Shown here one piece after another: positions 16,570-26,786 of a DNA stretch of 32,000 bases. Source of the stretch: an uncultured Lentisphaeria bacterium (GTDB lineage Bacteria; Verrucomicrobiota; Lentisphaeria; JABSQK01; JAJFLO01); assembly GCA_951812855.1 (NCBI GenBank), contig OX638337.1:810001-842000 (forward strand), in the 5' to 3' direction. A model generated the notes under the pieces. It worked only from the letters and a program-made list of their open reading frames with translations. It had not been told where the DNA came from and did not search any database. Position 1 is the first letter of the stretch, and every line of letters starts with the position of its first letter. A program made the translations under genes and the position numbers.

Positions 16570-19545
16570 TCATCTGCCACAACAACGTTTATATTTTTTG
16601 CCGCTCCCGCAAATGCAGGAATCGTTTCTGCCTACTTTCGGAGTTTCCCGATGATAGGTTATACCTTTGCCCACATTTGCTCTATCCATGCCTTCATTTA
16701 TTTCGTCTGGATCGGGACTTCCTGTTTCCGGTCCGACTGAAAATTGGTCGAACAAATTATGAATTTCCTTCCTGGGCAATGATGCAAGAAAGTTCTTAAA
16801 AGCCGAGATGTTCGATGATGACCGAAAGGTCAACGATGAAATTTCATTATTAATCTGACCGATAAGATCGCCAAACATATGAAACGCCTCCTGCTTATAT
16901 TCAATTAAAGGATCTCGTTGTGCATGTGCCCGTAAATAAATTCCGTTTCGCAAATCATCCATTGCGTATAAGTGTTCCTGCCAAAGGCGGTCATGAGCAC
17001 TTAACATGATGTGACGTTCCATACGGATCAGGTTCTCTTTCTCTTCTAATTTTATCTTTTTCTGATACGCATTTTCCACTTTCTCCTTTATAGAAACAAC
17101 TGATTTTTCAATATCATAATTATTTATTTCTACATCTAAATCCGTTTCTTTAAATCCGACAGGATACGTTGTGTTCAACCAATGAAGCATTGCTGTTTTA
17201 TCAAACGGATATCCATATTTTTTTACATCCAAACTCATTGAATCTAAGTGATCATATATTGCATCATCAATGAAATTCATTAACAGTTCATGAGTGTCTT
17301 CAGCTTTTAGTATTTCACTTCTTCTGCCATATATCACCTTACGCTGTTTATTTATCACGTCATCAAACTGGAGTGTTCGTTTCCGGATGGAATAATGCTG
17401 CTGTTCAACTTTTTTCTGTGCACTCTCTATCGACCGATTAAGCCATGGATGTGACAATTCTTCGTTCTCTTCAAATCCAAGTTTCTCCATCAAACCTGCG
17501 ATTCGGTCTGATCCAAATAATCTCATTAAATCATCTTCCAGAGAAATATAAGACCGGGATGACCCCGGATCTCCCTGACGTGCGCAACGTCCTCTAAGTT
17601 GTCGGTCAATCCGCCTGGAATCATGCCTGGCACTGGCGATCACATGTAATCCGCCTAAATTATCAACGCCTTCGCCCAGGCGAATATCGGTTCCGCGCCC
17701 CGCCATATTGGTTGCAATGGTGACAGTACCGTGCTGTCCGGCACGTGCGACTATCTCAGCTTCATGTTGATGATTCTTTGCGTTTAATACATTATGCTGT
17801 ATTTTTTCACGCTTTAATAATCGACTTAAAATTTCTGAAACTTCTACTGAAATTGTCCCAAGCAGGACGGGTTGTTTCTTTGCATGAAGTTCTTTAACCT
17901 CATTAATAATACTTTTATACTTTTCTCTTTTAGTCTTAAAAATTTTATCGTTAAAATCATCACGAATGCATTCCCTGTTGGTTGGAATCACCAGAACATC
18001 CAGATTGTAAATATCCTTAAATTCATTTGCCTCCGTTTCAGCCGTTCCCGTCATTCCTGCAAGTTTGTCATACATTCTAAAATAATTCTGTATGGTTATG
18101 GAAGCAAGAGTTTGTGTTTCCCGTTCAATCGTAACACTTTCTTTCGCTTCCAGTGCCTGATGCAGTCCTTCGCTAAAACGGCGGCCCGGCATAAGCCGCC
18201 CCGTAAATTCATCAACAATCATCACCTTGTTGTCTTTAACGACATATAGTACATCTTTTTCGAACAGGCAATATGCTCTCAACAATTGAGATATATTGTG
18301 AATAGACTCGCTGCGTTGATCAAAAAGTGTCTGCAATTTAGACCGTTCTTCCTGTTTTTGTCCATCATCAAGTTCCTCATTTGCATCAATTTCCTGAAAT
18401 TCACTCACGAGGTCAGGAATCACAAAGTTTTCAGGATCTCCCGGACTTAGAGTTGATCTTCCCTTATCGCTTAAATCGGTATCATGAGCTTTTTCGTCAA
18501 TTGTAAAATATAGAGATTCTTTCAAATCCTGAAGCAGACCCCGATTTTGATCGCTATGTGTCTCTAATTCCATTTTATCAAGACTCTTATGAATTCCGGG
18601 ATCCTCCATCAAGCGTATAAACTGTTTGTGTTTTGGCATGCCAAGTTTAACACGTAAGAGATTAGTAATTGCCTGATCATAATCCGTTTGGTCAGGTTCT
18701 GAAGCTAATACTTTTTTTGCTTCATTCACCAATTTTGTACATAATTCATTTTGCTTTCGAACAAGATTTTCTACTGAGGCCTTTAATTGATCATATCGAT
18801 GTGTTGAAACTGCTGCAGGTCCTGAAATGATCAGAGGTGTCCGGGCTTCATCAATCAATATGCTGTCGATTTCATCAACAATAGCAAAGTAATAGTCACG
18901 CTGCACTAAATCTTCAGGATCATGGGCCATCCCCATATCTCTAAGATAATCAAAACCAAATTCGCTATTCGTACCATAAGTAATATCACATTCATACTGA
19001 CTGCGACGTTCATGCGGGTCCATACTATTCTGGATACAACCAACTGTAAGTCCTAACCACCTTAAAACAGATCCAACCCATTGTGAATCTCTTAAAGCAA
19101 GATAATCATTTACGGTGACCAACTGACAATTTCTTCGAGTTAACGCATTCAGATACAGTGGTAATGTTGCTACGAGTGTTTTACCCTCCCCTGTCTGCAT
19201 TTCAGCGATGCCACCTTTGTGCAACGCAATACCCCCTAACAATTGAACATCATACGGTATCATATCCCAGGTAATTTCCTGGTTTGTGATATGGATTTTT
19301 GTCCCGACCATACGCCTGCAGGCGTTTTTAACAACTGCAAACGCCTCCGGCAGCAAATCATCTATCGCAACACCATCGTCTGCGTACCGTTTTTTAAACT
19401 CCACAGTTTTTTCTTTCAATTGATCATCAGTTAATTGCTGATATTCAATTTCAATATCATTAATTTGTCTGACGAGTGGAAGTAAATGTTTGATCCGGCG
19501 TTCATGTTTCGAGCCAAACAATTTTTTAAGAATCTGAGACAACAT
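16570..19545 (-). CDS. secA: Preprotein translocase ATPase SecA
   Basis: 991 aa. N-terminus MLSQILKKLFGSKHERRIK, Walker A MQTGEGKTLVATLP, VDEIDSILIDEARTPLIISG, TNMAGRGTDI, and the C-terminal zinc motif CICGSGKKYKRCCG. Confidence 0.97.
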   Translation of the reverse strand: MLSQILKKLFGSKHERRIKHLLPLVRQINDIEIEYQQLTDDQLKEKTVEFKKRYADDGVAIDDLLPEAFAVVKNACRRMVGTKIHITNQEITWDMIPYDVQLLGGIALHKGGIAEMQTGEGKTLVATLPLYLNALTRRNCQLVTVNDYLALRDSQWVGSVLRWLGLTVGCIQNSMDPHERRSQYECDITYGTNSEFGFDYLRDMGMAHDPEDLVQRDYYFAIVDEIDSILIDEARTPLIISGPAAVSTHRYDQLKASVENLVRKQNELCTKLVNEAKKVLASEPDQTDYDQAITNLLRVKLGMPKHKQFIRLMEDPGIHKSLDKMELETHSDQNRGLLQDLKESLYFTIDEKAHDTDLSDKGRSTLSPGDPENFVIPDLVSEFQEIDANEELDDGQKQEERSKLQTLFDQRSESIHNISQLLRAYCLFEKDVLYVVKDNKVMIVDEFTGRLMPGRRFSEGLHQALEAKESVTIERETQTLASITIQNYFRMYDKLAGMTGTAETEANEFKDIYNLDVLVIPTNRECIRDDFNDKIFKTKREKYKSIINEVKELHAKKQPVLLGTISVEVSEILSRLLKREKIQHNVLNAKNHQHEAEIVARAGQHGTVTIATNMAGRGTDIRLGEGVDNLGGLHVIASARHDSRRIDRQLRGRCARQGDPGSSRSYISLEDDLMRLFGSDRIAGLMEKLGFEENEELSHPWLNRSIESAQKKVEQQHYSIRKRTLQFDDVINKQRKVIYGRRSEILKAEDTHELLMNFIDDAIYDHLDSMSLDVKKYGYPFDKTAMLHWLNTTYPVGFKETDLDVEINNYDIEKSVVSIKEKVENAYQKKIKLEEKENLIRMERHIMLSAHDRLWQEHLYAMDDLRNGIYLRAHAQRDPLIEYKQEAFHMFGDLIGQINNEISSLTFRSSSNISAFKNFLASLPRKEIHNLFDQFSVGPETGSPDPDEINEGMDRANVGKGITYHRETPKVGRNDSCICGSGKKYKRCCGR

Positions 19546-19769
19546 CTCTTGTTTCCTGTTTTCAGGGGATTGATCGTCGCTGAATATTAACTATACTTTG
19601 ATCTTTTTATACTGAATTGAAGTTTATTTAAATTTATATTTATAATTTCAATGTGTGATATGTAGTTTGACAATAGTTTACACTTGAATTACAGGGGAAA
19701 AATAATACTTAAAACACGTGAAAGGCAATGTGTTTCTAAATAATGACACTGAGTTTATCAAGAAGTCTA

Positions 19770-20861
19770 TCAGGTTTTAATAATTCTTAGAGTAAGAAAC
19801 TCTAACAAGAGTCTCCTTGACAGGGTTGATGAGACTGACATTTTATCTATTTCAGCAATCATACGAATTGCTCTGATTAATTCCGGACCTGAATACTTCA
19901 TCGCCTGCCGGGCAATTTTCTTAACTTGCCAGGATGATTTAGATAAGATTACATTCCCTTCAAATTCAGTGAGATCATTGTCGCGATTTTCCTGAATAAA
20001 ATTCGACAGCGCGGACGCATTTCTACAATTAAAATGCGCCATTAACAACTTTGCCTGAAGCAACTCAATAAAATATCGGGCAATATATCGAACCTGACCG
20101 ATAACACTGCCTTCAGGATCTTTAGTCCGGTTCATTAATTGCCTAATCGTTTTAAATGCATCTTCAACATTTCGGTCTCCAATTGTATTTGCCAATGCAT
20201 AAAAAACGGCATCCCTGTTGCATGTTGAGATAACCTTTACATCGCTAAATGAAGGAGACTGCCCGGCATAACAATATAATTTTTCAACTTCATTTGCTAT
20301 TCTTCCAGTATCAACACCAATGCTTTCAACCAAATAATCAACAGATTCTCGAGACAATACCATTTGACGTTCTTTTAACCGTTCTCTTAAAACAATTTCG
20401 ACATCCATCCGCCATGATTTTTTTGATAGTTCAGGCTTCTTAAAATCAAATACTCTACCCGATTTATCACATGATCTGTACAATACATTTTTAGCATCAA
20501 AACCGAGCCCGCTTACAACTAATGATAAATCAGAAAAAGACTCATGATCGATTAAATGTGAAATTTTCACAACTCCAAGTCCGAGGGTGTCCTTTTTTTT
20601 AACGACAGCATCTTTACCTGCCGTTGCCAAGAATGAAATATTAGACAACCATATAACTCTGCTATTACTGAAAAATGAAGGCGTACTAATCGAGACAATG
20701 ATATCCTCCAAAATCATTTCGTGAGATCGTTCATTATCTTCTCTGATTATTTCCAGAGAAAGTGGGTCTGACTGTCCTTTCATCAATATATCCACAGCTT
20801 TCTTTGCTTCTATCTGGACAGCACTTTCATCATCACCGGTAAATAACAACAGTCTTCCCAT
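19770..20861 (-). CDS. holA: DNA polymerase III delta subunit
   Basis: The pattern MGRLLLFTGDDES...ISTPSFFSNSRVIWL...ESVDYLVESIGVDTGRIANEVEKLYCYAG...DVKVI...AVFYALANTIGDRNVEDAFKTIRQL parallels the conserved HolA layout. I place the start at the ATG at 20859-20861 rather than the track's 20954, which would overlap the upstream gene by 92 nt. Confidence 0.7.
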   Translation of the reverse strand: MGRLLLFTGDDESAVQIEAKKAVDILMKGQSDPLSLEIIREDNERSHEMILEDIIVSISTPSFFSNSRVIWLSNISFLATAGKDAVVKKKDTLGLGVVKISHLIDHESFSDLSLVVSGLGFDAKNVLYRSCDKSGRVFDFKKPELSKKSWRMDVEIVLRERLKERQMVLSRESVDYLVESIGVDTGRIANEVEKLYCYAGQSPSFSDVKVISTCNRDAVFYALANTIGDRNVEDAFKTIRQLMNRTKDPEGSVIGQVRYIARYFIELLQAKLLMAHFNCRNASALSNFIQENRDNDLTEFEGNVILSKSSWQVKKIARQAMKYSGPELIRAIRMIAEIDKMSVSSTLSRRLLLEFLTLRIIKT

Positions 20862-20862
20862 A

Positions 20863-21870
20863 TCAATATCCGTCTCCACGCCATGCGAAAACATCACGCG
20901 CAAGTGTTTTATGTTCCAAATACCAATTACAAAATTTAGGAATCCCCTCAGCAATTGATGTTTTTGGAGAAAAATTCAGTTTCTTCTGAGCATAGCTAAT
21001 ATCAGCGTATGTTTCGGGGACATCGCCGGGTTGCATCGGAAGATTATTGATTTTCGCCTTTTTATTTATTGATGTTTCGATCAGCCCAATTATATCTAAC
21101 AAGATTTCACATTTATGGCTGCCCAGATTAAACACCTCGTATTGATCCAATCCTTCATAGAAAAGAGCATTGGTCACGCCATTTATAATGTCATCGACAA
21201 AGGTGAAATCTCGTTTCATATCTCCACTGTTAAACAGTGGAATCGGCTTGTCATTGAGGATTTTTTCCGTAAAAATCCACATTGCCATATCCGGACGTCC
21301 CCATGGTCCATAAACCGTGAAAAAACGCAGACCGACTGTCTGAAGGTTATAAAGATGCGAATAACAATGAGCCATGAGTTCATTCGCTTTTTTTGAGGCG
21401 GCATATAAACTGATAGGAAAGTCCACAGAATCTGATTCCGAAAACGGTAACGTCTTATTTCCTCCATACACACTTGAACTTGATGCATAGACAAGTCGAC
21501 CCACTTCATGATGACGACAACACTCAAGAATGTTCAGGAATCCCTCAAGATTTGACTCTTGACAGGCAAAGGGATTTTTAAGGCTGTACCTGACACCCGG
21601 CTGAGCAGCCAGATTACAAACAATATCAGGTTTATATTCAGAGAAAATTTCATTTAATTTGCTATAATCACAAAGGTTACCGTTATAATGATGGTAATAA
21701 TCACCACTTTTTGATTTAAGACTCTTTAATCTTCCCTCTTTAACACTCTTAGGATAAAAATCGCTTAAATTATCATATCCAATGACCTTATATCCTAATT
21801 CAATTAATTTTCCTACAAGGCTGTAGCCAATAAATCCTGCAGTCCCTGTAATAAAGACAGTCTTGTTCAT
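20863..21870 (-). CDS. NAD-dependent nucleotide-sugar epimerase (UDP-glucuronate 4-epimerase-like, SDR family)
   Basis: 335 aa. Rossmann motif ITGTAGFIGYSL and catalytic YAASKKANE (YxxxK). The block LRFFTVYGPWGRPDMAMW is typical of the UDP-glucuronate/GalE-like epimerase clade. Confidence 0.8.
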   Translation of the reverse strand: MNKTVFITGTAGFIGYSLVGKLIELGYKVIGYDNLSDFYPKSVKEGRLKSLKSKSGDYYHHYNGNLCDYSKLNEIFSEYKPDIVCNLAAQPGVRYSLKNPFACQESNLEGFLNILECCRHHEVGRLVYASSSSVYGGNKTLPFSESDSVDFPISLYAASKKANELMAHCYSHLYNLQTVGLRFFTVYGPWGRPDMAMWIFTEKILNDKPIPLFNSGDMKRDFTFVDDIINGVTNALFYEGLDQYEVFNLGSHKCEILLDIIGLIETSINKKAKINNLPMQPGDVPETYADISYAQKKLNFSPKTSIAEGIPKFCNWYLEHKTLARDVFAWRGDGY

Positions 21871-22135
21871 AATAATATTAATTGATAACAGGTTATTAGA
21901 TTTAATACTTAATCAGTGGTGAATGCTGAATTAGCCATAATATACAAAATTGGCAGGGCAAAATAAACTGACATTCTATACTCTGAACAAAAAATAAACT
22001 ACGTGATTTTTAGAATCTGTACTTCCAAACCAATTAATCAACGGCCCCGCCGCAGGCAGCACTGTATGACTTCACTTGAAAAAATATTGGACTCGACCAG
22101 GCACCGGGAAATAAACCCACGAGCGGGATTAAATG

Positions 22136-23452
22136 TTAAGCACGATATACCTTATCATGATCAGGGCAGGCATTCCGTGTATCAATTATTACTTTAGCAA
22201 TTTTAATAATTTTTTGATAATCTACATCATCATGGTCTGTTGTAATGATTGCACTATCGTATTCATCAGGACTAAGTTCAGTTAAGGTTTTACTTTTATT
22301 TCCAGCAAGATGTAGATGTTCTCTGGTTTTTTTTATCTCTGGACAGAATGGATCCAGGTAACTTACCTTCGCGCCTTTATCAGTTAATTCATCCCAAAGG
22401 ACAAATGCAGGGCTTTCTCTTATGTCATCAATATTTTTTTTGTAGGCAAGCCCGACCAGCAATATTTTACTTCCGTTCAATGCGATCCCATGATCATTTA
22501 GTGCGAGCATTGTCTGTTGAATGACATAATTTGGCATATTTGTGTTAATCTCTCCGGCTAATTCTATAAATTTTGTGGAAATTCCATATTCTTTTGCCTT
22601 CCATGTTAAATAAAAAGGATCAATAGGAATACAATGGCCGCCAAGACCCGGACCGGGATAGAATGGCATATAACCAAACGGCTTTGTCTTCGCAGCATTT
22701 ATTACTTCCCATATATCGATGTCCATTTTTGAAAAAACCATTTTCAGCTCATTGACTAATGCAATATTCACACAGCGAAAAATGTTTTCCATCAGTTTTG
22801 CGGCTTCTGCGGCCCGACAGGTAGAAACAGGTACCGTTGTACAAATAATTGAATCATATAACGCTTCTGCTGCAATCAGTGATTGATGATTGAGCCCGCC
22901 TACAACTTTGGGTATAGTAGAGGTGCTATAAGACTTATTATTCGGGTCTTCCCTTTCCGGTGAATAGGCAACCATAAAATCATTTTCTGAATTCAACCCG
23001 GAAAGTTTTTCTAAAATTGGAACCAATACTTCTTCTGTTGTGCCTGGATAAGTGGTTGATTCAAGTATAATGAGTTGATCTTTTCGGAGATGAGGGCCGA
23101 TCAAATTTGCTGTTTTTTCTATATAGCTTAAATCCGGATTCCGATGCTCGTTCAGAGGCGTTGGAACACAAATTAAAACAGCATCACATTGTGAAATGAA
23201 CGTAAATTCTTTTGTTACAGTTGCGTTGGTGTTATCTGTAATTTGATTTTTTATAATATCCGAATTGATATGACCAATATATGAATCTCCTCTTTCCAAA
23301 TTCAAAATTTTATTTGAATCAACATCGAATCCCACGACGGCAAATCGTTCCTTTGAAAATTCTATTAATAATGGCAAACCAACATAACCAAGACCAATGA
23401 CACCGATTCGTGCAGATCTGTTATTAATTTTTTCAACAAAAAAATCAGACAT
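22136..23452 (-). CDS. Nucleotide-sugar dehydrogenase (UDP-glucose/GDP-mannose dehydrogenase family, WbpA/TviB-like)
   Basis: NAD-binding motif IGVIGLGYVGLPL and catalytic-Cys block PGPGLGGHCIPIDP. I prefer the ATG at 23450-23452 (MSDFF...), preceded by GAGGAG, over the track's TTG at 23470. Confidence 0.85.
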   Translation of the reverse strand: MSDFFVEKINNRSARIGVIGLGYVGLPLLIEFSKERFAVVGFDVDSNKILNLERGDSYIGHINSDIIKNQITDNTNATVTKEFTFISQCDAVLICVPTPLNEHRNPDLSYIEKTANLIGPHLRKDQLIILESTTYPGTTEEVLVPILEKLSGLNSENDFMVAYSPEREDPNNKSYSTSTIPKVVGGLNHQSLIAAEALYDSIICTTVPVSTCRAAEAAKLMENIFRCVNIALVNELKMVFSKMDIDIWEVINAAKTKPFGYMPFYPGPGLGGHCIPIDPFYLTWKAKEYGISTKFIELAGEINTNMPNYVIQQTMLALNDHGIALNGSKILLVGLAYKKNIDDIRESPAFVLWDELTDKGAKVSYLDPFCPEIKKTREHLHLAGNKSKTLTELSPDEYDSAIITTDHDDVDYQKIIKIAKVIIDTRNACPDHDKVYRA

Positions 23453-23975
23453 ATTTATCTCCTCATTCAAACTTTGATTTTCCCTATCCTGAATATTACC
23501 TGGTTATGTAGAAAACTGGAATAAAACTTTGAAGGCATAATTTTTCAACGCCAGAAAGATTATGCAAAAAATCTAAATTCAATAAGTTACAAAAATTAAC
23601 GCCATTTGATTGTTTCATTTCAGTCATAGATAATACCTATGCAAACAACCAAAAACCGCAATTTAATATTCTTATGAAGGATTTGTTGAAGATCGATATT
23701 TAGCAACATATGTTAGTGGCTTTTGACTAAGATTCAGCCATCAGTGAAACTCGAAGTCAGAATCGATAAGATAAAAGACAATTCACCCGGCTAAAACTAA
23801 ATCTGTTTACATCCCGATTTTAAATCAAGTTGCTAAACTATAGTTAAAATCTAATTTTTCTATTATTTTTTCAGATAATATCACATTTACAATATAGAAC
23901 ATTCAAACTTGGTATAAGTTTCCGATTCCCTGAGATTGAAAACTCACAATGAACTGTTAAATAAGGAATTTTAAA

Positions 23976-24620
23976 ATGTCTTATGGCGAAATTACCATGA
24001 ACGCAAAGACGCGTGACCATCTGTCTAAGGGACAGCTCAATCAATTAAGGCGGGATGGATGCATCCCTTGCGTTTTATACGGCCACAAGGTAAAACCACT
24101 GTCTTTAGTTGTGGATTTAAAAGAATTTATATCCGCCCTTGAACAATCTAACATTATTAATATTTCACTGGACAAAAAAAATGATGTTAAAAAAGTTCTG
24201 ATAAAGGAAATTCAGTATAACCATCTCAGCACCAGTATCATCCATGCAGACTTCCAGCAAATCAAGGCAGGAGAAAAATTATCCGTTGAAATCCCAATAG
24301 AGTTAACTGGAGAACCCGATGCGATTCATCATGGTGCCCGGTTAAATCATGTACTTCATGTATTGAAAGTAGAAAGCTTACCCAAACATTTTCCTGACAA
24401 GCTCCTGGTTGACGTATCGGAGCTGAATTTGGATGAATCATTAACAATTGCAGATATTTCGTTTCCGGAAGGTGTTAAAGCTGTTAATATTGATGCAGGT
24501 ACAGTTGTAGCTGCAGTCGTTCCTGTGAGAGGTGCCGATGAAGAGTCTGATGATGATGAATCGAGTCAGGAGGAACCTGAAGTAATCGCAAAAGGAAAGA
24601 AAGAAGAGGAAGAAGATTAA
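23976..24620 (+). CDS. rplY: 50S ribosomal protein L25 (long Ctc form with an acidic C-terminal tail)
   Basis: 214 aa. The N-terminal block LSKGQLNQLRRDGCIPCVLYG matches the L25 motif (LRr.G.iPaVlYG). The tail is ADEESDDDESSQEEPE...KKEEEED. SD AAGGAA lies 8 nt upstream. Confidence 0.85.
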   Translation: MSYGEITMNAKTRDHLSKGQLNQLRRDGCIPCVLYGHKVKPLSLVVDLKEFISALEQSNIINISLDKKNDVKKVLIKEIQYNHLSTSIIHADFQQIKAGEKLSVEIPIELTGEPDAIHHGARLNHVLHVLKVESLPKHFPDKLLVDVSELNLDESLTIADISFPEGVKAVNIDAGTVVAAVVPVRGADEESDDDESSQEEPEVIAKGKKEEEED

Positions 24621-24641
24621 TTCAAAATGTAAAAACTCCAA

Positions 24642-25253
24642 ATGTCAGACGTATATCCATCTTTAATAGTCGGACTTGGAAATCCTGGAAATAAATACGT
24701 TAAATCCCGACATAATGTTGGTTTTATGGTCATCGACAGCCTAATCGACCATTTTCAGGAAAGTTCAAAAACATGTGCCCGGATTTCAAAAAGCCGTGTT
24801 TGGAAGATAAAACTTAAAGGACATATTATCCACTTACAAAAGCCATTAACATTTATGAACCTAAGTGGAACTGTTGTGAAAGTATTAAGTCGCCAAAAAG
24901 ATATCGATTCGCCCCGAATACTGGTCATATGTGATGATATCGATTTGCCGCTTGGAAAAATAAGATTACGAAAAAAAGGCAGCAGTGGTGGACACAATGG
25001 ATTGAATTCTGTCATTACTGAATTTGGCACTGACAATTTTAATCGTTTACGAATCGGTATAGCACCAGAAGAAGGGTCGGTTAACACGAGTGATTATGTG
25101 TTATCAAATTTCACTGATTTACAGCAAAAAACCTTGGATAAAATAATTGAATTATCAAGAGATGCAGTCATTCAGACAATACTTAGAGGAATGGATGTAT
25201 CAATGAATACCTATAATGGAACAAATTTAAATACCAGTGATTGTAAACTATAA
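24642..25253 (+). CDS. pth: Peptidyl-tRNA hydrolase
   Basis: LIVGLGNPGNKYVKSRHNVGFMVID, LQKPLTFMNLSG and GSSGGHNGLNS are canonical Pth motifs. Confidence 0.93.
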   Translation: MSDVYPSLIVGLGNPGNKYVKSRHNVGFMVIDSLIDHFQESSKTCARISKSRVWKIKLKGHIIHLQKPLTFMNLSGTVVKVLSRQKDIDSPRILVICDDIDLPLGKIRLRKKGSSGGHNGLNSVITEFGTDNFNRLRIGIAPEEGSVNTSDYVLSNFTDLQQKTLDKIIELSRDAVIQTILRGMDVSMNTYNGTNLNTSDCKL

Positions 25254-25324
25254 CTATCTTAATCATTAAACATAAAAATTAATACGCTTTTAAGACAACC
25301 TTATCAATATGGAGTGAACTGAAT

Positions 25325-25651
25325 TTGAAAAAATACGAAGCAATATTTATTATCGACAATCAAAAAAATGACGATGGATCAGCAAATTTTATAAAGGAAA
25401 CCGAATCCTTAATTAAATCGTTAAAAGGAATTGTCCATGAAACCGAGGACTTGGGAATACGTCAATTTGCCCATCCTGTTAATAAAAAAACAGCAGGCCA
25501 CTACATCAGCATTGTTACGACTTTGCCCGAAGATAAGGTGGTTGAGTTGAAAGAAAAATTTCGTTTGGATCCAAACGTATTTAGAGTTGAAGTATTTAGC
25601 TGTGATAAGCCGGAAAATTATGAAGCCCAGCCAGAGAGTAAAGAAGGATAG
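25325..25651 (+). CDS. rpsF: 30S ribosomal protein S6
   Basis: MKKYEAIFIID...RQFAHPVNKKTAGHYI. It has a TTG start, because the nearby upstream ATG is followed at once by a stop. It heads the rpsF-ssb-rpsR-rplI gene order. Confidence 0.9.
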   Translation: MKKYEAIFIIDNQKNDDGSANFIKETESLIKSLKGIVHETEDLGIRQFAHPVNKKTAGHYISIVTTLPEDKVVELKEKFRLDPNVFRVEVFSCDKPENYEAQPESKEG

Positions 25652-25657
25652 GGAAAA

Positions 25658-26200
25658 ATGGCATCTCTGAATAAAGTACTTTTAATCGGAAACCTCACTC
25701 GTGATCCAGAAATCAGATGTACACCCGGAGGCATGTCTATTTGTGCAATCGGCATGGCAACGAACAGAAAATATACTACGTCAAAAGGAGAAGAAAAAGA
25801 TGAAACCTGTTTTGTAGATATTAACGTCTGGGGCAAACAGGCCGAGAGCTGCAGTAAATATTTAAAAAAGGGTGCACCGGTATTTATTGAAGGCAGATTA
25901 AAATTTGAACAGTGGAATGATCGTGAAACAGACCGAAAAAGGAATCGCTTATCCGTTACTGCTGAACGGGTACAATTCCTGAGTCAATCGGGAAGAGGAT
26001 CAGATTATGGGAATTCACCGCCTGAATATTCAAGTTCGGAATCTACCGAAAAATCCGGTTATTCAAACCAGGGATCACCGAGTCCTGATCATGAGCCGCC
26101 ACCTTTTCCCACTGACAATGAAGGAAACAATAAATCAAATTTAATCAGTGAAAATTCAGAGAAAGTTCAAAATGATGCCATTGATGATATACCATTTTAA
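25658..26200 (+). CDS. ssb: Single-stranded DNA-binding protein
   Basis: OB-fold N-terminus MASLNKVLLIGNLTRDPEIR, a Ser/Pro/Gly-rich linker and the acidic C-terminal tip DDIPF. Confidence 0.93.
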   Translation: MASLNKVLLIGNLTRDPEIRCTPGGMSICAIGMATNRKYTTSKGEEKDETCFVDINVWGKQAESCSKYLKKGAPVFIEGRLKFEQWNDRETDRKRNRLSVTAERVQFLSQSGRGSDYGNSPPEYSSSESTEKSGYSNQGSPSPDHEPPPFPTDNEGNNKSNLISENSEKVQNDAIDDIPF

Positions 26201-26392
26201 ATGTGTGCATGTTTGAACAGATTCGCCTATGCTGACAGTCATAGTCACATGTTAGTATTTTAAAAGGCTGAATTCTTAAATTAAAATCGGTTGAACTCAA
26301 TTAAGTAAATTAAAATATTGCAGTTGATATCTGAACAAAGTATTCAACGGCTGGATTCATTATCTATAAAATCAAAATTAAAGGAACCATTA

Positions 26393-26629
26393 ATGGCATT
26401 TAAAAGGAATAAAACCAGACGACGGACTCGAATAATTCGTCCTAAAATCTGTCGCTTTTGCGAAGAAAACATTCATTATATCGATTTCAAAAATGTTTAT
26501 CTGCTGTCTCGGTATGTTACTGAAAAAGGGAAAATGATACCGAGAAGGATTACTGGAAATTGTGCACTGCATCAAAAAATTCTATCAAAATCTATCAAAA
26601 GAAGTCGGTCAATAGCATTAATGCTATAA
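26393..26629 (+). CDS. rpsR: 30S ribosomal protein S18
   Basis: [12 protein letters not shown]...[54 protein letters not shown] place the start at ATG 26393 (AAAGGAA upstream) rather than the track's 26318. Confidence 0.9.
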   Translation: MAFKRNKTRRRTRIIRPKICRFCEENIHYIDFKNVYLLSRYVTEKGKMIPRRITGNCALHQKILSKSIKRSRSIALML

Positions 26630-26786
26630 CAAAATTAAAGTTACTGTCACCTAAAATTTATCGTCGAAAACAGCTTAAAACAGTCCATAGCAACAGGACA
26701 ATCATGCTGTGATTATAAACAGTGATCAGCATACTGAAAATTAAAAATTGTCAATAAAGAATAATAACAAAGAAGGATTAGGTATC

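Noticed and set aside
19712-19735. Hairpin AAACAC-N12-GTGTTT downstream of holA as an intrinsic terminator
   Set aside because: Only 6 bp with two G:C pairs, which is too weak to call. The window as a whole shows almost no canonical rho-independent terminators.
22003-22197. 64-aa ORF and a GC-rich patch (about 22040-22070) between the epimerase and dehydrogenase genes, considered as an SRP RNA, another small RNA or a terminator
   Set aside because: I found no match to the conserved SRP domain IV string (GGUCCGGAAGGAAGCAGCC) or other signature RNAs, and no stable hairpin followed by a U-run. The ORF runs into the dehydrogenase gene antisense.
26581-26600. Perfect 10-bp tandem repeat TCTATCAAAA x2 inside rpsR
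   Set aside because: The current frame encodes ...[17 protein letters not shown]..., collinear with the conserved S18 C-terminus (QR.LA.AIKRAR.LALL). Removing a copy would break the frame, so the repeat is a coincidence of coding sequence rather than a lesion.
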